DNA of 64,000 nt, from the NCBI GenBank assembly GCA_963668175.1, contig OY764159.1:1888001-1952000 (forward strand), given 5' to 3'. The notes beneath the pieces are model-generated. The model saw only the letters and a program-made list of their open reading frames with translations. It searched no databases and was not told the DNA's origin. Position numbers and translations under genes: made by a program. Origin of the DNA: Syntrophales bacterium. GTDB lineage: Bacteria; Desulfobacterota; Syntrophia; Syntrophales; PHBD01. This document shows, piece by piece, positions 10,649 through 20,630 of the stretch. How positions within the stretch are numbered: position 1 is the first letter of the stretch; each line of letters begins with the position of its first letter.

Positions 10649-11338
10649 ATGAAAAGAATGTTTATGGTCTGCCTGTTTGCCTTGATGGCCGTATTCGCGG
10701 CAGCACCCGTCTCGGCGGTCACCGTCGTCGATACGTTCACCGGTCATATCGTTGCTATGGATAGTTACGGCGGTTTGACGACAAACGACTTCAACGGCAA
10801 CTTCGGCGGCGGCAATCTCATCGGCCAGGCGTTCACCCTCGTGATGACGACGACCGTCGATCCCGGAACGACGTACGCCACCGGCAGCGTCTCTTACGGC
10901 TCCTACTATTATCCCCCCAATCCGATTACGGCGGCGCTGACGATCAACGGTTACACCTTCACCATCAACGAGTCCAGCGACGGCTTCACGTCCGATCTGG
11001 GCAGCGGGACCATTGACAAATATCTCCAGGCGTTCGTCTGGAACTCGGGGTTCCAGCTTCAGATGTACGGCATCGTCGTCGATCTCAGCACCCTCGTCGC
11101 CGCCACCAATTCCCTCGATACGGCGCTGCCGTCCATGCTTTTGAGCAACGGCGATTTCATCACCAACTATGCCGCCTTTTACGACCAGTCCATGTTACGC
11201 TATACCGGACAGGTCGAGACGCTCAACCTGGGCATCGAAGAGGTGAATGTCGCGGCTCAGGTGCCCGAACCGGCGACACTCTTCCTTCTGGGGGTCGGCC
11301 TTGTCGGTGCAGGCTTCATCCGACGCCGGAAGGGCTGA
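10649..11338 (+). CDS. PEP-CTERM sorting-domain surface protein
   Basis: Signal peptide; Thr/Ser/Asn-rich body; C-terminal VPEPATLFLLGVGLVGAGFIRRRKG; SD AAGGAG. Confidence 0.9.
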   Translation: MKRMFMVCLFALMAVFAAAPVSAVTVVDTFTGHIVAMDSYGGLTTNDFNGNFGGGNLIGQAFTLVMTTTVDPGTTYATGSVSYGSYYYPPNPITAALTINGYTFTINESSDGFTSDLGSGTIDKYLQAFVWNSGFQLQMYGIVVDLSTLVAATNSLDTALPSMLLSNGDFITNYAAFYDQSMLRYTGQVETLNLGIEEVNVAAQVPEPATLFLLGVGLVGAGFIRRRKG

Positions 11339-11728
11339 CGCCTCCGACGGCGATGGGCGGCGGGACATGCTCCCCGGGCTCGCCCGCCGGGGCATCGACG
11401 TGAATTCGTCGGCCCCGGTTTTCTAACCGCTTCGGTCATCAGAAGGAGATCTGCCCGACGCAACGCCTACGGCAGCGCATGCCATTGGCAAGGACGTCGC
11501 GGATCTCCTTTTGCTCGTTTATCGGGCGCCGTACTTATGGGAAATGTACGGGTTGAATAAATCCGAAAAATATGCCACGCTCGATTTCCGCTCTGCGTCC
11601 GAAGGACGAGGAGGCGGCAAGGGCGTGAGAGAAGAGCGCCCCCAAGAACCGGAACGGACCGGACACCGCCGTATCTTTCCCGGAGGGCATGCGCCGGGCC
11701 GTTTCACAGGAACCTATTCCCGTAGCCT

Positions 11729-12370
11729 ATGCCGACGAGCGTCTATTGCTGCATCGAAAGGATGATCTACTATCTGCGGTATCTGAAGCCGTCGTCCGTC
11801 CTCGACGTCGGCGTCGGCAACGGTAAGATGGGCTTTCTCGTGCGGGATTATCTCGAGATCATGACCGGCCAGACCTACCGGCGGGAAGCGTGGCGCGTCA
11901 GGCTGGACGGCATCGAGGCCTTTGAAAATTACATTCAGGACCATCAAAAGGCGCTGTACGACAGGATCGTCATCGGCGACGCCTTCGAACTGATCGACAC
12001 CCTGGAGGCTTACGACCTCGTCATCCTGGGCGATGTCCTCGAACACTTCGAAAAAGAGAAAGCCTGGACATTCCTGGACAAGTGCGCAGCCCGCGCGAAG
12101 CACATCGTTCTCAACATCCCCCTGGGCGAGGGATGGTCCCAGGACGACGCCTACGGCAACGTCTTCGAGACGCACCGGTCGTTATGGAGAAGCGAGGAAA
12201 TCGAACCTTTCGCCTGCGCCAGGGAGTCCTACGCCCTCGCCCCCGGCGAGTACGGCAGTTACCTTATCGATGCGAAAGACTACGCGGCCTACCGCCGCAC
12301 CGGCGAAACCGTGAAGATGCAGCTCGTCTTCGAAACGACGTCCTCCGTCAGGAGGGTCGTGCGTTCCTGA
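11729..12370 (+). CDS. Class I SAM-dependent methyltransferase
   Basis: VLDVGVGNG, LDGIE, IGDA, DVLEH. Confidence 0.8.
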   Translation: MPTSVYCCIERMIYYLRYLKPSSVLDVGVGNGKMGFLVRDYLEIMTGQTYRREAWRVRLDGIEAFENYIQDHQKALYDRIVIGDAFELIDTLEAYDLVILGDVLEHFEKEKAWTFLDKCAARAKHIVLNIPLGEGWSQDDAYGNVFETHRSLWRSEEIEPFACARESYALAPGEYGSYLIDAKDYAAYRRTGETVKMQLVFETTSSVRRVVRS

Positions 12371-12484
12371 CCGTCCCGGCTTAAGCGTTACGCTCCGGGG
12401 CGTCTGCGGACCGACGGTCCTTTCTTTCTGCTGAAAGCGTATGTGTGACTCTTCGCAGCCCCGATAGCGGCGCAAATCGCCGGC

Positions 12485-13276
12485 TCAGGAATGCCGGTCC
12501 GGCGGTATGTCCTGGTCGGCATGCAACTGATCCCGGATCTCCTTGAAAGCCTCTGCTATAAGAGAGGCGTTCTGCTGCCTTCTCGAAAAAAGGTTGACGA
12601 TCTTGATGGCGTAACAGTACGCAACGAGGATGCACCCGAAGAACAGGGAGAACATCAGAAGGAATAGATCGTAGCGGATACCGGCCGATATCCTTTCGAG
12701 ATTGTGCAGGGCGATCAGCGGGAAGTCGTAGGCGGCGTGCAGGGCGACCGGCAGGAGCAGGGCCGTCCAGAGAAATCCGGATTTTCGGGCCTCTTTCCAT
12801 TTTACCAGATAATAGCCCATGATGATTCCCAGCGACGCATGGACCGGAACGGCCGTGATGGCCCGGACGACGGCGGTGCCGAAGCCCGAGTGCGAGACGT
12901 AAAGGACATTCTCGATGGTCGCAAACCCGAGGGAAGCAACCGCCCCGTAGACGAGGCCGTCCATCTCCTCGTCGAACGCCGACCGGCGCATACAGAAGAA
13001 AACGAGCAGGAGGAGCTTGAAGAATTCCTCCGGTACCGCCGCCATAAACAATGCCGTGACAAAACCGTTCAGGTAGGGGCCTTGAACGGCGTGAACGGCG
13101 TCCCGCAGCTGATAGCCGTAGATCGACACGGGAACGGTCAGGAGCACGCCGAGGACGAATGTCCAGATGACCACGCCGATGGGCTCCCGATGCAGGTCCT
13201 TGCGGTAGATGTATACGAGCAGGATCGCCGACGGAATCAGCGCGGCGGGAATGGTGATATAAAGGGAATGTATCAT
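12485..13276 (-). CDS. prsW: PrsW-family glutamic intramembrane protease
   Basis: PEEFFK, FATIEN, VHA and LHAAYD motifs; start MIHSLY (alternative 13330). Confidence 0.85.
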   Translation of the reverse strand: MIHSLYITIPAALIPSAILLVYIYRKDLHREPIGVVIWTFVLGVLLTVPVSIYGYQLRDAVHAVQGPYLNGFVTALFMAAVPEEFFKLLLLVFFCMRRSAFDEEMDGLVYGAVASLGFATIENVLYVSHSGFGTAVVRAITAVPVHASLGIIMGYYLVKWKEARKSGFLWTALLLPVALHAAYDFPLIALHNLERISAGIRYDLFLLMFSLFFGCILVAYCYAIKIVNLFSRRQQNASLIAEAFKEIRDQLHADQDIPPDRHS

Positions 13277-13424
13277 CGGCAAGGCGCTCCGTTCTCTCCC
13301 CCATGTATCCTCATAGCCGACCTCCGGCATCCGGCACGGCCGGTCCGGGCTCCAGAGTATGTTCGCGGGAAAACGCCCGGCCGCCCCGACTGCGGCTTAT
13401 GCCCGTTTTTCCCGCCCGCCGCTT

Positions 13425-16400
13425 CTACTTCTTATGGACGACGAATTTGGCCGGCGCCGACCAGCCCTGGATCGTCGGCTCGTACATGCATTCCATCCTC
13501 GCCGGTTTCGCGAGGAACTGGCCGGGCAGTTCGGCGCGCATCGTGTAGCCGATTTCGTATACGTCGCCCTTCCGGATCTTGGTCAGGAAGAAGACCATCC
13601 GGTTGTCCCATCTTTCACTGTGGGCATACGGCTGATAGTCGTCGTAGACGTTTTTCTTCACGACCTCGAAACCGGCGGGCAGGTAATCTTCCAGCACCAG
13701 GTATTCCAGATCGTCCTGGGCCCGGAATTTGATCTTGACGAGGATTTCGTCGCCGATCGCAAGCCCCAGTTTGTCGTCGATGAACTGCGGCACCAGGTAT
13801 TCGTGGTTGTTGACGTCCCTGACCCGCGTCGCGTGGTAGTAGCTCCGGACGAGGGTCAGGCCGTTGTCGAGGGCTCGGAGGCTCTTGTGTTCCGATGAAA
13901 AGACGGACAGCACCGATTCCGCCATCTTGCCGATGGCCTTTCCGGCTCTGTCGAACATCGAGCCTTCTTCTCCCGATTTCAGGAACGACAGGAACCGGTT
14001 TTCCCTGTAATAGAGGTTGCCGTTGACGGTCAGGTTGAAGCTGACATCCGCGCCGGCCGTGCCCGAGGCTTCGATCCGGAAGTTCTTTTCAGGTGCGGCT
14101 TGGGCGAGCCTGATCTTTTTCGTCAGTCTGTCGGGATGGCCCAGGGACGCCTCGTCGTAATCGATGGCGGCGATTTTGATGCCGTCCATGGTAAAGACGG
14201 CCGTTCCTTTTTCCGCCGCCGTTTTACTCAGGCCGCGGTAATACCGGCATACGGAGAAAATGACCGCCGCCGTTTCCTTCGTCGATTTCCATGCCCCGCT
14301 CTTGCCCCGTTTCATGAGAGAAATGACGGCCTGTGAGGGCAGGGTCGTGTTGTCTCGCGCGGCGGCGAGGGCCGAGAGGACATGGGCGGTGATCTCCGTA
14401 TCGCCGCCCGGCCATCGCCACGGATGGTTGTCCGCCTGGGTCCAGTAAACCCCGAAGCGGTCCCTCTTTTGCATGGCTTTGAGGGCGGCCAGTTGGGGCT
14501 GCATCTGCGCCGCGACGGCGGCTTTCCTGTCTTTGCCCATTTCGATCTTTTCGGCGTTGGCCATCGCCATGATGAGATAGGCGCGGCAGTATGGGTTGAG
14601 ATTGGTTTTCCGGATGAATTCGTTGAAGGCCCCGTCGTTCCATCTTCCCCACAGGGTTTGTGCGTAAAAGAGAAACACCCTGCCGTCGTCGCCGCCGACG
14701 ACATGTCCCTGGAGCATGCGGTCGACGGCCGCAAGCGCCTTTTCGACACGCGCTTCGTCCACCGCGTATTTGAAGTCTTTTGCCATGCTCAGGGCGAAGA
14801 GGACGTAACCGGTGACGAATTCGCTGCCTTCGTCGCCGCTCCACCAGCCCCAGGAACCGTCTTCGTTCTGGAAATTCTGAATCCGCCGCACGCCGTCCTT
14901 GATCTTGGCGTCGAGCTTGGCATCCTGGGTCACCGCGAGGCCGCGCTGCCGGAGCAGGTCTTTGAGGGCCAGGGCGGGCAGGAAGCCGTTTAAGGTCTGC
15001 TCGATGCACCCGTAGGGGAAGTTGGCGAGGTATTCCGAGCCGCGGAGAAGCTGGGAGATGGGGCTCGGGTTCAGGGCGATGACCAGTTCGGAAGGCCGGT
15101 AGACGAAATCGTCCGTGTCTTTGAGCGGCGCCATCTCGACGACTTTGTTGGCGCCCATATCGCCTACGCCGTAGAGCTTGTACTCGACGCCGCGGCTGTA
15201 AACGGGCACGGCGATCCTGAGGGCGTCCTTGGCCTGTTTGTCGGCCACGGCCTGGAAGAAGAGGGCCATGTCCGCCTTGCCCTCGGGGACTTTGACGTTG
15301 TAGTAATTGCTGGCGACGCCGAAGGCGGGCAGGCTCATTTTCACGTTTTGTTCCGGCGCGACGAGCAGATTGTCCACCTTGAATTCCGTGGTCACGGAGG
15401 GCAGGCCCCGCCTGGTATTGCTGTTGACGATCCCGATGAGGCCGAGGGTGTCGCCCTCGATGAAAAAGCGAGGTTTGCCGATCCGGGCAATGAGATCCTG
15501 GGTCACGAGGATTTCGCTCTTCTTCTCGCCGACCTTGCCGCCGAGATCGTGCCCGCGGGCCGTCAGCCGCCAGGTCGTCAGGTTGTCGGGCAGGGTGAAT
15601 TCCACCGTTGCCGAACCGTTTGCGTCGGTCCTGATGCCGCCGTTCCAGTAGGCCGTATCGGCGAATTTTTCCCGGATCTTGACTTTCCCTTCCTTCCCGG
15701 CCCCGGCGAGGACGGTGAAGGGATAGGAGTAGCTCGTCAGCACCCAGTTCGAGTTCTTGGCGTAGAAGTAGTCTCTCATCCTGGGCGTATGGTCGCGGCG
15801 GATCAGGTAGATCGCCTCGTCGACGGCGCCGAGGGAGATGTCGGCCCTCACCGGCTTGCCCGCCTCGTCGGTCGCCTTGATCCTGATCTTTGCCTTGTCG
15901 CCGGGCAGGTATTTCTCCCTGTCGGCCTTGAGATCGATGTTCAGGTTGATCCCCGCGTTCGGCAGGGTCACTTCCGTACTGCTCGTGAACAGGGCGCGGC
16001 CCCTCTGCATCGTGGCCGTAATGAAGACGTTGGGGGCGTACTCCTTTTTGATATCGAGTTTTACCGCCGCCACGTGGCCCTTCAGTCTGACGAGCCGCTG
16101 CTCGTGGATGTCCTTGCCTTCGACGGTCAATAGAAGCGTCGAATCGGCGTATCGGCTTTTGACGAGGCAGGTGATCTCGCCCGGCTTCTCCAGGTCCGCT
16201 TCGCTCACCGAAAGTTCCAGGTTCTTGAGCCGCGACTCCACGCTTGCCGCGCCCAGGCCGTATATCCAGACGACCCGGGACGCCGCGATCAGGTTGTCCC
16301 TTTTGTCCCGGCCCTGGGCGACGATGTCGTATTCGCCGTAGTCAGCGAAGCGGTCGGGCAGTTCGACCTTCGCCAGGCCCGCCGCGTCGGTCTCGACCTT

Positions 16401-19094
16401 GACGGCGAAGACGGGCTTCTGGTCGTGGACGTAGACCCGCTGCCAGGGCCGCCAGAGGTAGCGGTAGACCATGATATCAACCGTCGCCCTGCGGGGTTTT
16501 CCATTGTGGGAGATGGTCCGGATCTCGACGGCCTTCTTGTCGTCGGCGGCAAAAAATCGCTGACTGGGCCGGATTTTGATGTAGTAGTCTCCCCGGCCTA
16601 TCTTGACCGTGGAGCTCTCGGATACGCTCACGTTCGAGTTGTCGACGATGGTGATCTCCAGCGTAAGCTCGCGGTCGTAGGGGAGGTCGCCGCAGGCTAT
16701 CTTCAGCTTGGCGATACCGTCGTTATCCAGGTACTTCTCGCCCTCCAGCTTGATCTTGTTGTAGGCGCGCGGCGCCTCCTTGTCTTCCTCCCACCAGTAC
16801 GTCGTCTCTTCGTCCTGGAGTTTGCGTTCGTAGAAACGATACCTGGCGAGGGCGCCTTTCAGGGGGGAACCGAAGAAGTACTTCGCCTCTACCTTAAATT
16901 CCACCGTTTCCCGATTGACGTAGAATTCCTTGGCGGCCGAAACGTCCACCTTGAATTCCGGCTTCCGGTACTGGTCCACGTAGAATTTTCCTTTGCTGTA
17001 CAACTGCGATTCTTTCCAGCCCGCCCTTATCTCGTAGGTGCCCAGGCGGGTGTCGGCGGCCAGTTGCAGGTTCTTCTTGAACGTGCCCCACCGGTCGAAC
17101 GAGAAGGTGCCGTGGTCGACCACGGCGTTGACGTCCGTGTTGACGATCTGGTAGAGGAGCTTCCTGCCCTTGAGGGGGGACGGGGCCTTCTCCATCGATT
17201 TGCCGACGAATTTATAGTGGACCTTGTCGCCGGCGCGATAGACGGGGCGGTCGGTGTAGATGAATATTTTATCCTTCTCCTGCTGAAATTCCTCCTGCGA
17301 TCCGGTCCTGCTGAAGGCGTAACTGCCGTCCGCGGCGACGGCCATGACGGCCAGCATCTTGCCCGGCGGCACCGGGAAGCGGATCGTCCCGTCGTCGCCC
17401 GTCTTCCCCTGGGCCAGAATGTCGACCGGCAGTTCCTCCAGCCGGGAAGGCGGAGAATACATGGCCTTTCTCTTGTCGCTCCGGGCGGAACGGGCCGGCC
17501 GCTCTTCGTCGCCCTGGTCGTCGTCGTCCGCCCGGGCCGGGGCGATTTCTTCGTCGCGGCTTTCCCCCTCCCGATCGTTCGCCTGTTCGTCTTCGTCCGG
17601 CTGTGCGGGAGCGACGCTCTCGTCCCTCGCCGGTGCTTTCTCGGCCTTCGTTTTCTCCTTGACCGTCACGTCGTAGAGGACGACCGGGGCCCCGGAGACC
17701 GGCCTGTTGCCGGCCAGGTCCGTGGCATAAACAAGGACGGAACTCAGCGAGCGCTTGACGACGATGCCGAGGGACGTGACGCTGAAAATCTTCCTGCTGA
17801 TCGTCCTGTCTTCCCCGCTCGCTTCGATGCAGTAGCTGCCTGTCGGCAGACTCTGGGCGATATCGATATGCTGTTCGCGCCAGTCGTACGGCGCAAAATC
17901 CCTGACCCCTTCCTCCCATTCCCGGACGAGTTGCAGGCCGTCCCTTGCGGGCTGCAGGTTCGCCGCGTCGATTCTGCCCTTGAGGACGATATCGATGGGC
18001 ATCCGGAAGATGCGGACCTTGAATTTCTCCAGCCGGAGCGTCCTCAGGTTAAAGGATATCTGCTGGCCGATGACGAAGGTGTAGCGGTCCGTATAGACCT
18101 CGACCTCCGGATTCCTGGCGGTCAGCGAATAATCGGCATTCTTCCGGACCTGCCCCTCCCTGATAGCGATCGGTTTGGTCTCGAAGCCCTCGAAGCCCCT
18201 GTGAAGGAAGGAGAGCTTGTAATTGCCCGGCTTGATGTCGTCGATTCTGTACGTGCCGTCCTGGTAGGAGGCGGTGGCCTGGGTTGAAGATCCTTCGAGG
18301 CGGACGTCGATATTCGCCGCCGGCGCATCGAGATCGCGGATCGTGAGCTTCCCCGAAACGGATGCGGGCCGGTACATCAGCATCGGCAGCGCCAGAGATT
18401 CCCCGGGTTTGATCTGGCGTATCTGGGCGGTTTCGGCGATGTAGCCCTGTTTTGTAAAGGTCGCGAGATAGCGTCCCCCCGCGGCGATTTTATTGAATCG
18501 GTAGCCGCCGTCTTTGCCGGTCGTGACGAACCGGGGCCTTTCCCCCGAGTAGCCGCCGTCGTCGTCGCTGCTTCCTTCGTCATCGTCGTTGCTCTGCCTT
18601 GCGGAGACGTCGGCGCTGTTCAGTTTCACTTCGACGCCCGGAAGGGGTTTGTGGGCGGAATCGGTGACCACGCCGGATAAGATGCCCTCGCGATCCAGGG
18701 CGAAGGTGTATTCGCCGGGCTGGATGTTTTCGGTCTGCAGGCGGGTGATGTAGCCGTCGGCGGAAACTTCGATCTTGTATGTGATGTGCCTGATGAAGTC
18801 GGCGATGCGGAAGCGGCCGGCCTTGTCGGTCTTCACGCGGTAGTAGCCGAGACCGAAACGGGCGTTCTTCATCTCGACCGTGGCGTTCGTCAGGGGTTCC
18901 TTCGTAGCGGCGTCGACAACGCGGCCGTAAATGACGTCATGACGGGAGAGGTCGCCGGCCTCGTCTTTCTGATAGACCTTTTCGTTTTTGGTCTGCTTCT
19001 TGTCCGCCGCGCTGCCGTGAGTCAAGAAGAAGCCGCACGACACCGCCGCAAGCATTGCGACGAGAACGATCCTGCCCCAAGCCCTTTTTTTCAT
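13425..19094 (-). CDS. Bacterial alpha-2-macroglobulin with N-terminal carboxypeptidase-regulatory-like beta domains
   Basis: Signal peptide; MG2 motif YTDRPVYRAGD; YRKPEF; FADTAYW; LPDNLTTWR; thioester PYGCIEQ (CIEQ 14997-15008); QNEDGSWGWW; EDYLPAGFE. Confidence 0.92.
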   Translation of the reverse strand: MKKRAWGRIVLVAMLAAVSCGFFLTHGSAADKKQTKNEKVYQKDEAGDLSRHDVIYGRVVDAATKEPLTNATVEMKNARFGLGYYRVKTDKAGRFRIADFIRHITYKIEVSADGYITRLQTENIQPGEYTFALDREGILSGVVTDSAHKPLPGVEVKLNSADVSARQSNDDDEGSSDDDGGYSGERPRFVTTGKDGGYRFNKIAAGGRYLATFTKQGYIAETAQIRQIKPGESLALPMLMYRPASVSGKLTIRDLDAPAANIDVRLEGSSTQATASYQDGTYRIDDIKPGNYKLSFLHRGFEGFETKPIAIREGQVRKNADYSLTARNPEVEVYTDRYTFVIGQQISFNLRTLRLEKFKVRIFRMPIDIVLKGRIDAANLQPARDGLQLVREWEEGVRDFAPYDWREQHIDIAQSLPTGSYCIEASGEDRTISRKIFSVTSLGIVVKRSLSSVLVYATDLAGNRPVSGAPVVLYDVTVKEKTKAEKAPARDESVAPAQPDEDEQANDREGESRDEEIAPARADDDDQGDEERPARSARSDKRKAMYSPPSRLEELPVDILAQGKTGDDGTIRFPVPPGKMLAVMAVAADGSYAFSRTGSQEEFQQEKDKIFIYTDRPVYRAGDKVHYKFVGKSMEKAPSPLKGRKLLYQIVNTDVNAVVDHGTFSFDRWGTFKKNLQLAADTRLGTYEIRAGWKESQLYSKGKFYVDQYRKPEFKVDVSAAKEFYVNRETVEFKVEAKYFFGSPLKGALARYRFYERKLQDEETTYWWEEDKEAPRAYNKIKLEGEKYLDNDGIAKLKIACGDLPYDRELTLEITIVDNSNVSVSESSTVKIGRGDYYIKIRPSQRFFAADDKKAVEIRTISHNGKPRRATVDIMVYRYLWRPWQRVYVHDQKPVFAVKVETDAAGLAKVELPDRFADYGEYDIVAQGRDKRDNLIAASRVVWIYGLGAASVESRLKNLELSVSEADLEKPGEITCLVKSRYADSTLLLTVEGKDIHEQRLVRLKGHVAAVKLDIKKEYAPNVFITATMQRGRALFTSSTEVTLPNAGINLNIDLKADREKYLPGDKAKIRIKATDEAGKPVRADISLGAVDEAIYLIRRDHTPRMRDYFYAKNSNWVLTSYSYPFTVLAGAGKEGKVKIREKFADTAYWNGGIRTDANGSATVEFTLPDNLTTWRLTARGHDLGGKVGEKKSEILVTQDLIARIGKPRFFIEGDTLGLIGIVNSNTRRGLPSVTTEFKVDNLLVAPEQNVKMSLPAFGVASNYYNVKVPEGKADMALFFQAVADKQAKDALRIAVPVYSRGVEYKLYGVGDMGANKVVEMAPLKDTDDFVYRPSELVIALNPSPISQLLRGSEYLANFPYGCIEQTLNGFLPALALKDLLRQRGLAVTQDAKLDAKIKDGVRRIQNFQNEDGSWGWWSGDEGSEFVTGYVLFALSMAKDFKYAVDEARVEKALAAVDRMLQGHVVGGDDGRVFLFYAQTLWGRWNDGAFNEFIRKTNLNPYCRAYLIMAMANAEKIEMGKDRKAAVAAQMQPQLAALKAMQKRDRFGVYWTQADNHPWRWPGGDTEITAHVLSALAAARDNTTLPSQAVISLMKRGKSGAWKSTKETAAVIFSVCRYYRGLSKTAAEKGTAVFTMDGIKIAAIDYDEASLGHPDRLTKKIRLAQAAPEKNFRIEASGTAGADVSFNLTVNGNLYYRENRFLSFLKSGEEGSMFDRAGKAIGKMAESVLSVFSSEHKSLRALDNGLTLVRSYYHATRVRDVNNHEYLVPQFIDDKLGLAIGDEILVKIKFRAQDDLEYLVLEDYLPAGFEVVKKNVYDDYQPYAHSERWDNRMVFFLTKIRKGDVYEIGYTMRAELPGQFLAKPARMECMYEPTIQGWSAPAKFVVHKK

Positions 19095-19726
19095 TTCCCC
19101 ACCTTTCCTGGCTGCGATTTGATGGTTACGGCCTTAAACACGTTCAACTGCAAAATTTCCCTGCCTGAGAGCCTCCGCTTCAAATGCTCCACGCTCCCTA
19201 TCTCCGCCGGGACAAAGACCCATTTCTCGCCCGATTCGAAGGTGACCGCGACGCCGTCGTTCGCGGGGTCGATCCGGTCGATGTCGTCTACAGGGACCTG
19301 CCTGCCGGCGACGGTTACGACGATGCCCGCATCGGCCGCCTCGAAGGCTTCCAGCGGCCGGTAGCGCCTGTCCCGCTTCAGGGCGCCGCGCAGGTAGTCC
19401 CGGAGAAGCTCTTCGATCCTGTCGGTGCGGTGATCGAAAGCGCCGTAGCACCCCCGTACCCGGCCGTTCTTCATGACGGTGACGAAGATGCCGAATTGAC
19501 CGTAAAAAGGCGGCGCCGCGAAACCGGGAGGCCTGGTGCAGCGCGTTCCTGCGAGGATTGCCCCGAGGGAACAGCGCATCCAGGCGATCATATTTTCCGC
19601 CCCTTGCTCCCGGGCAAAAAGCCCCCACCGGGCAAACGGCTCCGAGTCTTCGCCGGCCCGCGATGGTAACGCGAGCGCAAGCAGAAGAAGACAACCCAGA
19701 AAAACGACGGCCGCCGTGTGCTTCAT
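19091..19726 (-). CDS. AMMECR1-domain protein with a signal peptide
   Basis: GIFVT...VRGCYG and DRRYRPL motifs; N-terminal MKHTAAVVFLGCLLLLALALPSRA. Confidence 0.75.
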   Translation of the reverse strand: MKHTAAVVFLGCLLLLALALPSRAGEDSEPFARWGLFAREQGAENMIAWMRCSLGAILAGTRCTRPPGFAAPPFYGQFGIFVTVMKNGRVRGCYGAFDHRTDRIEELLRDYLRGALKRDRRYRPLEAFEAADAGIVVTVAGRQVPVDDIDRIDPANDGVAVTFESGEKWVFVPAEIGSVEHLKRRLSGREILQLNVFKAVTIKSQPGKVGK

Positions 19727-20586
19727 TTGATGTACACCGGCGGGAAGAAGTCCCTGTACAGCAACGCCGAATCGACCAGCTTTTCCCCCGAGTACCGCTT
19801 GCGGTTCACGTAGACGGAGATGCCTTGCCTTACGGGGCGCGATCTATCGAGAATGGGAACGTCGACATCCTCCTCTTCCGTTACGATTTCGTATCGGTAG
19901 GGCAGGGGAGGGTCGGATCTTAACGCGACGGTGAGCGTCTTGTCCGTCAGGGTCGCTTCCATATAAAACGTCCGGTCGAAGGGGTTCTTCATCCGGAGGT
20001 CTTTCTTCCCATACATGATCGTGGCATCCAGGCCCAGCGGCGCGTAGGTAATCGGCTGGGAGTGCCGGTGGCGCTCGACGATCTGAAATCCCGCCAATAG
20101 CAGAGCATTGTAAGCCGTCGTGGAAGCCTGGCAGAGGCCGCCGCCGGGCTCCAACCGGGTTTCCTCCCGGTAGAGGACGCGCCCGTAGACGAAGCCGTTG
20201 CGGGCCGAGCCTTCGCCGACTGCGGCATTGAAAGAAAAGACCGACTTGGGCGGGATGACGTGGCCGTTAAGACGCCGGCAGGCGAGCTGAAGGTTGGTCT
20301 TGACCCCCTGGTCCTGGTCTTCTACGGACGTGACGTAGGAGGCCACGGCCGCGATATCCCTGTCTCCGGCCGCGACGCCCCGGGGAAACAAGGCGGCCAG
20401 GACAAGCAGGCCGAGGATGATTGCGCTCAAGCTGCGCTTCCGGTTGCCGCCGGGAATGAGGGGATGACCGTCCGGACACGGTGGGAAAGTGGACTTACGC
20501 GCGGTTTGTCCTGTAGAGAAAGTACGACAGGTCGGCCTTACGCCTCCGGTTTGAAATGCCGTATCGGTTTGGACGGCTCCATGCAT
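19723..20586 (-). CDS. VanW-family protein, exported; true start probably nearer 20430-20470
   Basis: FSFNAAVG, GGGLCQASTTAYNA, ERHRHS, LGLDATI, DLRMKN; hydrophobic segment LSAIILGLLVLAALF. Confidence 0.85.
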   Translation of the reverse strand: MHGAVQTDTAFQTGGVRPTCRTFSTGQTARKSTFPPCPDGHPLIPGGNRKRSLSAIILGLLVLAALFPRGVAAGDRDIAAVASYVTSVEDQDQGVKTNLQLACRRLNGHVIPPKSVFSFNAAVGEGSARNGFVYGRVLYREETRLEPGGGLCQASTTAYNALLLAGFQIVERHRHSQPITYAPLGLDATIMYGKKDLRMKNPFDRTFYMEATLTDKTLTVALRSDPPLPYRYEIVTEEEDVDVPILDRSRPVRQGISVYVNRKRYSGEKLVDSALLYRDFFPPVYIK

Positions 20587-20630
20587 AAATTCAGCAAAGC
20601 CCGACGGGAATGGATTCTTGTATATCTGAA

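Noticed and set aside
11486..11502. Possible sigma-54 promoter TTGGCAAGGACGTCGC
   Set aside because: Weak -12 element and far from the next start; could be chance.
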